Virus record (IMG/VR): IMGVR_UViG_3300037391_000121
Source of the DNA: a virus
Lineage: Duplodnaviria; Heunggongvirae; Uroviricota; Caudoviricetes
Direction: 5' to 3' (one strand)
DNA: 64,000 bases
Shown here one piece after another: positions 17,301-24,968 of the stretch. The notes under the pieces were generated by a model, which worked only from the letters and a program-made list of their open reading frames with translations, made no database searches and had not been told where the DNA came from. Made by a program: the position numbers and the translations under genes. How positions within the stretch are numbered: position 1 is the stretch's first letter; the number at the start of each line of letters is the position of its first letter.

Positions 17301-18300
17301 GAACGGACGCAGCAGGAATCGTCCAAACCGAGGACGCTGGATTAGCAACCAGACGCTCTACGCAAAGCCGTGGACGCCGTGGGACCCGACCGCTAATTTT
17401 GATCCAGCACGAGTTGAATTCGGTTTCAAAGAGTTCTGGCCGGACGCCGCGTCCAAGTACAAGCCATTCTTTAGGCACATCAAGGTGTTTGAAGACGCGA
17501 TGAATCGCCTCGTTAACAAAGGGCGATCAGACGTGGATACGTACCCGCATGGCTGGAGGGTTATCCACACTCTGGTCGAAACGGTATTCGTGGGCATGAC
17601 ATCTGTTGTTACCCTTGTCGGAAATGGACAAGGGCCTGATGCTTTCAAAGTCGCTCGTAGTGCTTTGGAGAACGCGATCAACGCTGAGTATCTTCGTCTT
17701 TACCCAGATGAGGTAGACAATTACCTCGAATGGAAGTTCGTGGAAGACCACAAGAAGCTTGAATCCATTCGGCAGTATCGCCCAGCGTCGTTGGCGGGCT
17801 TCACGAAGGATCAGTTAGACAAGGTTGACAACGAATACGACCGCGTGAAGGATAGGTTCCGCAACACCTCCACGTCCAAATGCGAAAGCTGCGGGCACGA
17901 GCGCAATCGTGTAAATAAGTGGAATTGCTGGACTGTCAAGAACTTAGCGGAACGCGCAGAATTGACCGCGACCGATTCGTTGTATCGAGCATCGATGAGA
18001 CTCATGAACGAAGTGATGCATGGCTCAATCAGTGGCATCATGCAATACTTCGGCTCTGAGGACCCAGATCGCATCGCCGTACCTCCGCATGACAGCGAGT
18101 GTGCTACAATGGCATTGGTCGCAGCGCATGAAAGCCTGCTCCGCGCTATTAGGACGCTTACGCAGGTGTACAATGAGGACTCGACCCCTCCGTATGATGA
18201 TCTCCTAAAGGAGTTCGTCTCCGTGTGGGAAAAGATTCTCGGTATAAAAGCCGAACCGCTTCCAGCGGTAATGGCGGCAAAAGCTCTAGGAGGAGTTTAA
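17278..18300 (+). CDS. hypothetical protein, 340 aa (basic N-terminus)
   Basis: Long ORF overlapping the HNH stop by 23 nt. Confidence 0.45.
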   Translation: MAKARHYRNGRSRNRPNRGRWISNQTLYAKPWTPWDPTANFDPARVEFGFKEFWPDAASKYKPFFRHIKVFEDAMNRLVNKGRSDVDTYPHGWRVIHTLVETVFVGMTSVVTLVGNGQGPDAFKVARSALENAINAEYLRLYPDEVDNYLEWKFVEDHKKLESIRQYRPASLAGFTKDQLDKVDNEYDRVKDRFRNTSTSKCESCGHERNRVNKWNCWTVKNLAERAELTATDSLYRASMRLMNEVMHGSISGIMQYFGSEDPDRIAVPPHDSECATMALVAAHESLLRAIRTLTQVYNEDSTPPYDDLLKEFVSVWEKILGIKAEPLPAVMAAKALGGV

Positions 18301-18301
18301 C

Positions 18302-18562
18302 ATGGGAACCGAAACGCAGTATTACGTCATCGATGCAACTTTGATACCCGAGAAGGACCCTTTCACGGGCCTGTCCGTCAGCATCGGGGCGACCACCAAG
18401 CAACTTGTGGGGCACCAAGGATTGGCGGACGAGCAGGTTTCCGCTGTTGAGTTATTGACTCCCGGCGTGGAGGACGGAAACTACACGTTGATCTACTCGT
18501 TGCTGGGGAAGAACCATTCGTCTGATGTCCGTGTCTATTTGGGGAACTTCTTGACGCGGTAA
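18302..18562 (+). CDS. hypothetical protein, 86 aa
   Basis: ORF 2 nt after the previous stop. Confidence 0.4.
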   Translation: MGTETQYYVIDATLIPEKDPFTGLSVSIGATTKQLVGHQGLADEQVSAVELLTPGVEDGNYTLIYSLLGKNHSSDVRVYLGNFLTR

Positions 18563-18699
18563 CTAAACTTAAGGTCGGGCGCTCCCACGAGCACGCACCC
18601 GATGTACGAAGCCGAAGCAGCGTGGAACGGAGTGATAACGCTTCGATTAAGCTTGCAAGACAGGTATGTCAGTATAAAATATCGGTGGAGGAAACTGGG

Positions 18700-18748
18700 C
18701 GGTCCACCGAGTACCCCTTGCATTTTCCCGCAAACGTGGTATTATTTC
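18700..18748 (+). promoter_or_regulatory. promoter-family copy (CCTTGCATTTTCCCGCAAACGTGGTATTAT) placed for a leaderless transcript
   Basis: Extended -10 TGGTATTAT ends about 7 nt before the ATG at 18752. Upstream hairpin TCGGTGGA-13nt-TCCACCGA preceded by TATAAAAT. Confidence 0.4.
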
Positions 18749-18751
18749 TTT

Positions 18752-18934
18752 ATGCCATTCAAAGCCATAAAACGTAAGATCAAAAAAGACGGGAAAGTCA
18801 CTACAATCAAAATTTTCAGGGACGGTGCGGATGGCACAGGTGTAAGGCTGCCGTTTAGCTGTGGGTTCTGTAACGAGGTTCACTTTCGGTCCCGCCAGCA
18901 GCGCACCGACCATACGCAGCATTGTCCCAAGTAA
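18752..18934 (+). CDS. small zinc-finger-like protein, 60 aa
   Basis: MPFKAIKRK..CGFCNEVHF..HTQHC. Start at the internal Met because the upstream part of ORF 18602 carries the promoter element. Confidence 0.4.
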   Translation: MPFKAIKRKIKKDGKVTTIKIFRDGADGTGVRLPFSCGFCNEVHFRSRQQRTDHTQHCPK

Positions 18935-18948
18935 GCTTGTGTGGGTGG

Positions 18949-19020
18949 TGATTGGAAACGGGTACTTCTTCCTTTAACGAAAGATGCCGAAAGGCTACCC
19001 CGTCCCGCTTGTTCCCCCAC
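18949..19020 (+). ncRNA. YrlB-like short Y RNA without a tRNA-like module (copy 3)
   Basis: GTGGTGATTGGAAACGGGTACTTCT ... hairpin CCTTT..AAAGG ... CCGTCCCGCTTGTTCCC. Confidence 0.5.
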
Positions 19021-19037
19021 CATGTTTCGCCGAGTGG

Positions 19038-19161
19038 TGTTAGGAAACGGGTACTTCTCTCGCCTTGGGAGAGTAGCTCAGCGGTAGAGCGCCTGACTTG
19101 AAATCAGGAGGCCGTTGGTTCGACTCCAACCTCAACTACTCCGTCCCGCTTGTTCCCTCGG
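19038..19161 (+). ncRNA. YrlA-like Y RNA with colinear tRNA-like module (copy 2)
   Basis: 5' arm GTGGTGTTAGGAAACGGGTACTTCT; hairpin CTCTC-GCCTTGG-GAGAG; D-arm TAGCTCAGCGGTAGAGCG; anticodon-like arm CCTGA-CTTGAAA-TCAGG; T-arm GTTGG-TTCGACT-CCAAC; 3' arm CCGTCCCGCTTGTTCCC. The acceptor stem does not pair and there is no CCA. Confidence 0.6.
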
Positions 19162-19180
19162 CATATTTTCTGGAGCTTCA

Positions 19181-19429
19181 ATGAAGCCATTGGGTATCGA
19201 CGCCGCTATCGACCAGATCGAAACCGCCCTATTTGATCTCAGTGAACCCGGTTGCACGGACACCGAATATAGCGATGAGATTGTCATCAACTCCATCGGT
19301 CGCATCCGCCTGAGAGCGATCCTCAAACGCCTCCGTGTGGGCTACATGCGTGGGGTGGGAATCAATTCCCTGTGCCCGCACGACCTTGCAGTGCAGGCGA
19401 AGCTGAAGAAGCTTAAGAAAAAGCGATGA
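19181..19429 (+). CDS. hypothetical protein, 82 aa
   Basis: ATG after TGGAGCTTCA; the tracked start at 19115 would overlap the ncRNA. Confidence 0.45.
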   Translation: MKPLGIDAAIDQIETALFDLSEPGCTDTEYSDEIVINSIGRIRLRAILKRLRVGYMRGVGINSLCPHDLAVQAKLKKLKKKR

Positions 19430-19986
19430 GAACGCTCAGACTAGGATTCACGGGCACTCATCATGGCATGGATGATTTCCAAAAAGAATCCATCGCTCTC
19501 CTGTTCACCCAACTTTTCCGAGAATACGACTTCATTGAATTTCACCATGGTGATTGCATTGGGGCCGATTCTCAGGCCGCGACAATTCTCAACGATTTGC
19601 GGAACAGCCACTACTCAACGAAATGCCGTGTACGAATCATCTGTCACCCCGGCTTCCCACCGAACCACCCCAAAGAGACCAAATTCCGAGCGTTTACTGA
19701 TTTCAACGATGAAGTCCGCGAGGTAAAAGTTTTCATTGGCCGCGATCATGATATAGTAGATGAGACCGAGGAAATGGTCGCCACGCCCGTGACTGAGGAC
19801 GAAGAGGTTCGTTCTGGTACATGGACAACGGTGCGGTACGCCCGCAAGCAGGGCAGGAAGGTTACCGTCTTGAATCCCAAGAAGACGATCAAGTTCGATC
19901 CGCACGCGATGCCAGTCAAGACGAACGCGGTCTCGGGCGAGATCAATTTGTACGGGCCGACCCATCGGCAGAGGGGCATCCGATGA
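19426..19986 (+). CDS. SLOG-fold (YpsA/DprA-like) protein
   Basis: LGFTGTHHG..ESIALLFTQL..HHGDCIGADSQAA resembles the YpsA/DprA-type Rossmann-like (SLOG) motif pattern. Family assignment is tentative. Confidence 0.35.
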   Translation: MRTLRLGFTGTHHGMDDFQKESIALLFTQLFREYDFIEFHHGDCIGADSQAATILNDLRNSHYSTKCRVRIICHPGFPPNHPKETKFRAFTDFNDEVREVKVFIGRDHDIVDETEEMVATPVTEDEEVRSGTWTTVRYARKQGRKVTVLNPKKTIKFDPHAMPVKTNAVSGEINLYGPTHRQRGIR

Positions 19987-20011
19987 AGCACAAAATGCTG
20001 AAGAAAATTCC

Positions 20012-20362
20012 GTGGTATTTGAGGACTCGATGAATTGCTGTCTATGCGATGCTGGGGTTCCTGCGGTCAAGCGCACGGTGGTGCCCGTCGTGCTGGCGAA
20101 TGGGAAGACCGTTTACTGGCGACTTAATGAGGATATGCACAAGGAGATATGCTCTCACTTTATGCCGCAGCCTTGGTATAGCGGTATCGTCAGACTGTAT
20201 TACCGCGTCCGTGGTTGGTTTCTCAGAGTGTTCTTTGGCGTCCACATCTGCGTTAAACCCACGGGCACGATCTCCACGGTGTACAATACATCGAGCGGGA
20301 TTCACCCCCGTTTCTCGATGAACTACAAGAGGGACAATGGACTTCAAAAAGCTGATCGCTAA
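20012..20362 (+). CDS. hypothetical protein, 116 aa
   Basis: ORF; Cys cluster near the N-terminus. Confidence 0.4.
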   Translation: MVFEDSMNCCLCDAGVPAVKRTVVPVVLANGKTVYWRLNEDMHKEICSHFMPQPWYSGIVRLYYRVRGWFLRVFFGVHICVKPTGTISTVYNTSSGIHPRFSMNYKRDNGLQKADR

Positions 20363-20567
20363 ATACCCGAAGATGTACCTCTACTACCACGACAATCAGC
20401 AGTGGATTCTCTACAAAGAGAAGCCGCCGAAGGACACCTATTGTGGGGAGCCCGATCATGATGCGTGCATCCTCGCTGAGGGGCAGGACTACGACGGCGA
20501 GGGCTACGCTCCGCACCTAGTCATCGATCTGTGCAAGGCATTGGGGATTAAGGTGGAATCCATCTAA
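20337..20567 (+). CDS. hypothetical protein, 76 aa
   Basis: ORF, ATGG-type overlap downstream. Confidence 0.4.
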   Translation: MDFKKLIAKYPKMYLYYHDNQQWILYKEKPPKDTYCGEPDHDACILAEGQDYDGEGYAPHLVIDLCKALGIKVESI

Positions 20568-21283
20568 TGGATGTCCTGTTCCAAGAGAAAGTCCCCCGAG
20601 GCAAGAAGAGTGGCCCGAGGCAATGGTACATGAATTGTGCGGGGTGGTTCGCCCATCCCGAGGAAGACAGAGAAGCGTTCAACGATCTTCCCGCATGGCG
20701 GCAGCGGGAGATTTTAGAGTGTCGTCGTATTTTCCGCGAAGTTCCCGGCGTTCAAGCTTACGAGATCATTGACCCAAGTACGGGAATCCCGTACCCCAAC
20801 CAGAAGCTCGCCGTCAACTATTATCAGAAAACCCCCGAGATCGCCCTAGCTCCCATACCCCCTGCCGCCAAGTATTTCATTCCAAACGGCATTTCCCTAG
20901 CCGAATTCCGCCGCCGCAAGGTAGAATGTAGTGAGGGTTCACTACTCGAAGCTCTCATAGGGCACGTCACCCGCGACCGACTTGTTCAGGTCGGGGCAAC
21001 TGAAGACGGTAAGGCGTTGGCTGGTAGGAAGCCATTGGATGGCATCCTCGCTTTCGTCTGGCGATGCGCTCAGTATCACAGCGGACAGGCCGCAGGTATC
21101 CCAGTGACAGCATTCTGGGACTTGGACGATGGCATCAGCCGCCTGACGGGTGTACGTGGCGGGGCAAGTGTGGAAGTGGTCGGGTTTCTTGAGCAGAAGG
21201 CTCATGAGCTTGTGGAGATTACAGGCGGCGAGAAGAACGTTGCCGAGCTTCGCTGGGCTCGCATCATGGGGAGACTTGATTGA
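20567..21283 (+). CDS. hypothetical protein, 238 aa
   Basis: Long ORF in the co-directional block. Confidence 0.45.
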   Translation: MDVLFQEKVPRGKKSGPRQWYMNCAGWFAHPEEDREAFNDLPAWRQREILECRRIFREVPGVQAYEIIDPSTGIPYPNQKLAVNYYQKTPEIALAPIPPAAKYFIPNGISLAEFRRRKVECSEGSLLEALIGHVTRDRLVQVGATEDGKALAGRKPLDGILAFVWRCAQYHSGQAAGIPVTAFWDLDDGISRLTGVRGGASVEVVGFLEQKAHELVEITGGEKNVAELRWARIMGRLD

Positions 21284-21597
21284 AAGACAAACCGCTGGAT
21301 AAACAGTTGGAAGACCTGATCCTTCTTGGCAACAAGCACGGATTGCACGCCGCCGCCGACTGGCTCAGGTCGCAGGTGGACGCCGCTTTGTTGGTTTTCA
21401 ATGTGGAGCGGGAGCGACAGGAACAGCAAATGTACCTCAATCGGTTTGCGGGCGAAGGGCTGGAACTGCCCGTGTTGCGTGACAGATTGAGAGCCACGTT
21501 TCCCGATCTTACGATACCGAAGGCCCACACCATCGCATCGAAATGGCTTCGAGAGCATGGGCGGAACATATCGCAACAAGGAGCGTTGATATCTTGA
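21280..21597 (+). CDS. hypothetical protein, 105 aa
   Basis: Overlapping start with the upstream gene. Confidence 0.4.
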   Translation: MKDKPLDKQLEDLILLGNKHGLHAAADWLRSQVDAALLVFNVERERQEQQMYLNRFAGEGLELPVLRDRLRATFPDLTIPKAHTIASKWLREHGRNISQQGALIS

Positions 21598-21848
21598 TCG
21601 TAAAAGTCTATCCGACGAAGGATAACCGATGGGGGGTTTTTCTCATCGACACCGATACCGACGCTACGTTTTTGGTGGGTGCGTCGAAGCACAGCCATGA
21701 TGCCGATCTCGCGGCTGAGCGGATGGGGAAGGCGTTACGCGGGATGGTGGAAGACCCAAGCCAGATCGTGGTTGACCACTGTGCCGCCGACCGTGCAGAG
21801 ATTATGGCGTACCACGAGGCTGCCAAGAAAGAGGGGAAAAAGAAATGA
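21594..21848 (+). CDS. hypothetical protein
   Basis: TTG start overlapping the upstream TGA, preceded by AAGGAGCG. The tracked ATG at 21543 lies inside the previous gene. Confidence 0.35.
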   Translation: MIVKVYPTKDNRWGVFLIDTDTDATFLVGASKHSHDADLAAERMGKALRGMVEDPSQIVVDHCAADRAEIMAYHEAAKKEGKKK

Positions 21849-22291
21849 GATACGCGACGAAGTTCATTGATGACGCACAAAAGCTGCAACGCGAATACTA
21901 CCTCGGAAAGATTCAACGCGAGACGGCTATCACAATGATGGGCGAACTCATGCGGTATCACAGGGTCATCCGCGAGGATGAAATCTTGGTTGATATCCCC
22001 GAGGGTTTCCGCTCGGAGCCGCAGGCGGGATTTATTGGGGAATTTACGGTTCGCCAAAAGGATTCTGCTTACGTGTGGAAGCGCAGTTTCGCCCGCAACA
22101 TGCCGCCGCTGCATAGCTGGACTAACAGCACAACCCTCCCTGCGGAACCAGTACGCCGTCCCGCCAACTTCTTTCAGCAGCACTACACGTCTCCCGCACT
22201 TCGGAAAGCAGCCGCCTTGCCATTGCCACTAATGACGGACAAGGATCGGGAGTTTTTCGCTCCCTACGAGAAGCAGATGGAAACCAAATGA
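21845..22291 (+). CDS. hypothetical protein, 148 aa
   Basis: ATGA overlap. Confidence 0.45.
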   Translation: MRYATKFIDDAQKLQREYYLGKIQRETAITMMGELMRYHRVIREDEILVDIPEGFRSEPQAGFIGEFTVRQKDSAYVWKRSFARNMPPLHSWTNSTTLPAEPVRRPANFFQQHYTSPALRKAAALPLPLMTDKDREFFAPYEKQMETK

Positions 22292-22560
22292 AAACAATCA
22301 TGATGATTCGCTGTTACAGGCAGAACGGGCATAAAGCATGGATCGCACTCCGCGACACGGGTTGCGGTTACGACATCCTGATGGGAGTGATCCAGATCGG
22401 CGAAGTCGATCCTCAAGTCACCATCAAGGATAACGGCAAAGCCATCTCGACGCTGGTGGAGGCCCTCGTGGACTTCAAATCCCGCTGCAATTTCTACATC
22501 GAACAGGGCTGGCAGGCGGACACGATTTTTCAGAAACTTCTGGACGGGATGATGGCATGA
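22288..22560 (+). CDS. hypothetical protein, 90 aa
   Basis: ATGA overlap. Confidence 0.45.
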   Translation: MKTIMMIRCYRQNGHKAWIALRDTGCGYDILMGVIQIGEVDPQVTIKDNGKAISTLVEALVDFKSRCNFYIEQGWQADTIFQKLLDGMMA

Positions 22561-22811
22561 AATTCTTCGTTGAGAACCAGCAATGGGTTATCGCCACAAT
22601 CGTTTGGCTCGGTATGATGGGCATTATTTGCCTCTTTGCGGAGGCTAACAGCCAGAGAGCTACCAAAGTGAAACGCATCGTCGGCTGCGCCGTAGTCACC
22701 CTGTGGATATGGGGAGTGACGATTTCTGGGCTGTATGCCAACCTGCAACCGCCGCCTATTCAACAACATATCAGCATCCCCGCCGATTACCACCCATGCG
22801 GGAAAACCTAG
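22557..22811 (+). CDS. small membrane protein, 84 aa
   Basis: Two hydrophobic helices. Confidence 0.45.
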   Translation: MKFFVENQQWVIATIVWLGMMGIICLFAEANSQRATKVKRIVGCAVVTLWIWGVTISGLYANLQPPPIQQHISIPADYHPCGKT

Positions 22812-22843
22812 CGATTTTCCCATTTTTCTTGGTATAATAGGGC
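22807..22843 (+). promoter_or_regulatory. conserved promoter element, copy 2
   Basis: CCTAGCGATTTTCCCATTTTTCTTGGTATAATAGGGC then GGAGGA then ATG at 22857. Confidence 0.6.
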
Positions 22844-22856
22844 TGGAGGATCACCC

Positions 22857-23201
22857 ATGTACACTGGAAAAATCATCCACGACGGCGTAATCAAAGACGT
22901 TGACCGCATCGTCACCAACGGCAAAGGCAAACAGCTTAATCTGGAAGCCAGCCTCAAGGTGGTGAACCATTCCCCCACAGGCTTTTGCTGGGGCTACGGC
23001 GGCAGCGGCCCTGCTCAGCTTGCTCTCGCGATCTTGCTCGATCATTTCAACGGCGACAAGGAACGCGCTCTGGGGCTGTATCAAGATTTCAAGTTCAGGG
23101 TCATTGCTCGGCTGCCGATGGACGAGGATTTCGTCCTGACCGACCAACAGATCGAGAGCGTCATCAGCGAGATCGACATCGAGCGGATGAAAATCGCGTA
23201 A
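22857..23201 (+). CDS. hypothetical protein, 114 aa (conserved HSPTGFCWGYGGSGPAQLALAIL motif)
   Basis: First gene after promoter copy 2. Confidence 0.5.
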   Translation: MYTGKIIHDGVIKDVDRIVTNGKGKQLNLEASLKVVNHSPTGFCWGYGGSGPAQLALAILLDHFNGDKERALGLYQDFKFRVIARLPMDEDFVLTDQQIESVISEIDIERMKIA

Positions 23202-23256
23202 TGCCCGTCAGGTTGCCGTTGGCGAAGGTCGTGGCATTGCGGAATCCGTTCTCCGA

Positions 23257-23580
23257 TTGTCCGTGGACACATTCCGAGATTCGCCCGTGGGAGATACGGA
23301 AGGCGGTCGCGGAGAAAAGGCTTCGACGCGAGATAATACGCGGAAACAGAACATCGAGCGGATCGCTTACTTCGTAGTGCGGGGCTGGCGTGATCCAATC
23401 GGAATTGACGTAGGGGTGCCGGGGTTGAGTTTCCACGAGCCAGCCTTGACGGATGGATACCACCGACTATCGGCGGCAATGTTTCGGAAAGACTCTCATA
23501 TCCGAGCAATCGTGGACGGCGACTTAAAGTACGCCTTCGAGCTGTTTGGGGTTAATTGTGAGGAGAAGTATGGCAGATAA
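23257..23580 (+). CDS. ParB/Srx-like nuclease-domain protein
   Basis: LTDGYHRLSAAMF matches the DGxHR ParB/sulfiredoxin-fold motif. Start uncertain; it overlaps the alternative ORF 22985..23377. Confidence 0.4.
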   Translation: MSVDTFRDSPVGDTEGGRGEKASTRDNTRKQNIERIAYFVVRGWRDPIGIDVGVPGLSFHEPALTDGYHRLSAAMFRKDSHIRAIVDGDLKYAFELFGVNCEEKYGR

Positions 23581-24166
23581 ATTGATCGTGCGGTATTGGG
23601 ATGATCCAGCCCTGTCCACCCTTTGCGATGCGGTGGAGGACAACGAGTTCGGCCCGCAGTTGGGCGAGTTCGCGGCCTCGTTGCTGATAGCAATGGGTGA
23701 CAGGAACGGCGTTGGGCTGGCGGCTCCGCAGGTGGGCATCACCAAACGGATTTTTGCCATGTGCTTCCCCGATGACGAGGAATTCAACCGTAAGTGGGCT
23801 GCCGCTGGCGTTGCGCCAGTAACCGAAGTGAGGAAGGCAATCGTCGTGTGTAATCCGACACTGGTATTTGAGGGCAAAACGGTGTATGCTCGTGAGGGTT
23901 GCCTGTCGCTGCCCGGGATTCATGAACAAGTCTCCCGAGCCGAGAAAGTGACAATGCAGTATCGGCAGACGGACGGCGTAGCGAAAGAGATCGTGCTGAC
24001 GGACATCAATGCCCGAGTCGCGCAGCATGAGTTCGATCACTTGAACGGCATCATGTTCTTCAACTACACGGACAAACGTCCGCAATACGGAGCACGGATG
24101 TCTAAGCAGGTGAGCAAGCAAGTCCTGCGGGATTGGGAAAAGGAAAGGGCAAAACGTGGCATCTAA
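23570..24166 (+). CDS. def: peptide deformylase
   Basis: All three PDF motifs present: GVGLAAPQVG, EGCLSLPG, QHEFDHLNG. GAGGAG SD before MADKLIV. Confidence 0.8.
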   Translation: MADKLIVRYWDDPALSTLCDAVEDNEFGPQLGEFAASLLIAMGDRNGVGLAAPQVGITKRIFAMCFPDDEEFNRKWAAAGVAPVTEVRKAIVVCNPTLVFEGKTVYAREGCLSLPGIHEQVSRAEKVTMQYRQTDGVAKEIVLTDINARVAQHEFDHLNGIMFFNYTDKRPQYGARMSKQVSKQVLRDWEKERAKRGI

Positions 24167-24383
24167 ACCAGCACCAGCGCGAGAGAAGTACACGAAGAAA
24201 GAGCAGACGTTCATAGCGATGGACAACCTTCGGGCGATGCTCCGTTGCTACATGAACTTAGTTCGTGACAATGCCTTAGTTCCACCGGGCATCGGCAACG
24301 GGCTCTGCGGCTATGAAGAGCGGATCAAGACGGAGTTTCAAAAACTCGCTGATTTGCTCGGCATGGAATCAACTAAACTGTGA
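24156..24383 (+). CDS. hypothetical protein, 75 aa
   Basis: ORF overlapping the def stop. Confidence 0.4.
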   Translation: MASKPAPAREKYTKKEQTFIAMDNLRAMLRCYMNLVRDNALVPPGIGNGLCGYEERIKTEFQKLADLLGMESTKL

Positions 24384-24392
24384 GGTTCTGAC

Positions 24393-24581
24393 ATGGAACA
24401 GGAAGACAGTTTGAATTTCGATCAACCGCATCTGACGCTGTTCGTAGGTGACGGCGTAACGGTGATCGTCGGCAACAAAACGTATCGCGGCACGCTGGTG
24501 CAAGACGGCGACCGCTGGTATGTCAAGTTGGCTGGTCGCGAGCCGGGTGAGATCGACGAAGTTGTGATCGCGAAGCTTTAG
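24393..24581 (+). CDS. hypothetical protein, 62 aa
   Basis: ORF. Confidence 0.4.
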   Translation: MEQEDSLNFDQPHLTLFVGDGVTVIVGNKTYRGTLVQDGDRWYVKLAGREPGEIDEVVIAKL

Positions 24582-24589
24582 GAGGAAAC

Positions 24590-24808
24590 GTGCTACCGCC
24601 TTGTGGATGCCCGCCGCCAGCCCCAGAGACGTTCTGGACGCTGTTTCATGACGCCGCCCACTGGAAGTTTGAGTTGTTCGTCGGCGGCATTGAGGAACTC
24701 GTGACGGGTGTCCTTATCGGCATGTTTGTGTGGCCGCGTATCCAGAGACACTGGAAGCACCATCTCGAAAGAGACAAAAAAGAGGGACGGAATGGCGACC
24801 ACGCTTGA
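24590..24808 (+). CDS. hypothetical membrane-associated protein, 72 aa
   Basis: GTG start after AGGAGGAAAC. Confidence 0.4.
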   Translation: MLPPCGCPPPAPETFWTLFHDAAHWKFELFVGGIEELVTGVLIGMFVWPRIQRHWKHHLERDKKEGRNGDHA

Positions 24809-24968
24809 AATGATTATCGCCGACATGGAAGCTGACTTGGAGTACGGCGAAAGCTTCCCCAACAGCATGAGCAGTCGTGGCGAGGAAGCCATGGAAGACG
24901 GGAAAGTCCAGCTTTTGAGAAAGTATCTGCCCAAGTTGCGGGCGTTAAGGGATCAGAATGGCGAATAA
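24792..24968 (+). CDS. hypothetical acidic protein
   Basis: Internal Met (MATTLEM) overlapping the upstream stop. Confidence 0.35.
   Translation: MATTLEMIIADMEADLEYGESFPNSMSSRGEEAMEDGKVQLLRKYLPKLRALRDQNGE

Noticed and set aside
18602-18751. N-terminal 50 codons of tracked ORF 18602..18934
   Set aside because: The region contains a promoter-family element (TGGTATTAT) and an 8-bp hairpin. The coding part more plausibly begins at the ATG at 18752.
19071-19143. Canonical phage tRNA gene (D-arm, anticodon arm, T-arm all present)
   Set aside because: The 5' GGGAGAG and 3' CTCAACT do not form a proper 7-bp acceptor stem, and there is no discriminator or CCA. The element sits inside the same conserved 5'/3' frame as the other Y-RNA copies, so it is treated as a tRNA-like module rather than a tRNA.
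22985-23377. Alternative 130-aa ORF overlapping 23257..23580
   Set aside because: Arg-rich low-complexity translation. The competing frame carries a ParB/Srx-like DGYHRLSAA motif and is preferred, though the start is uncertain.
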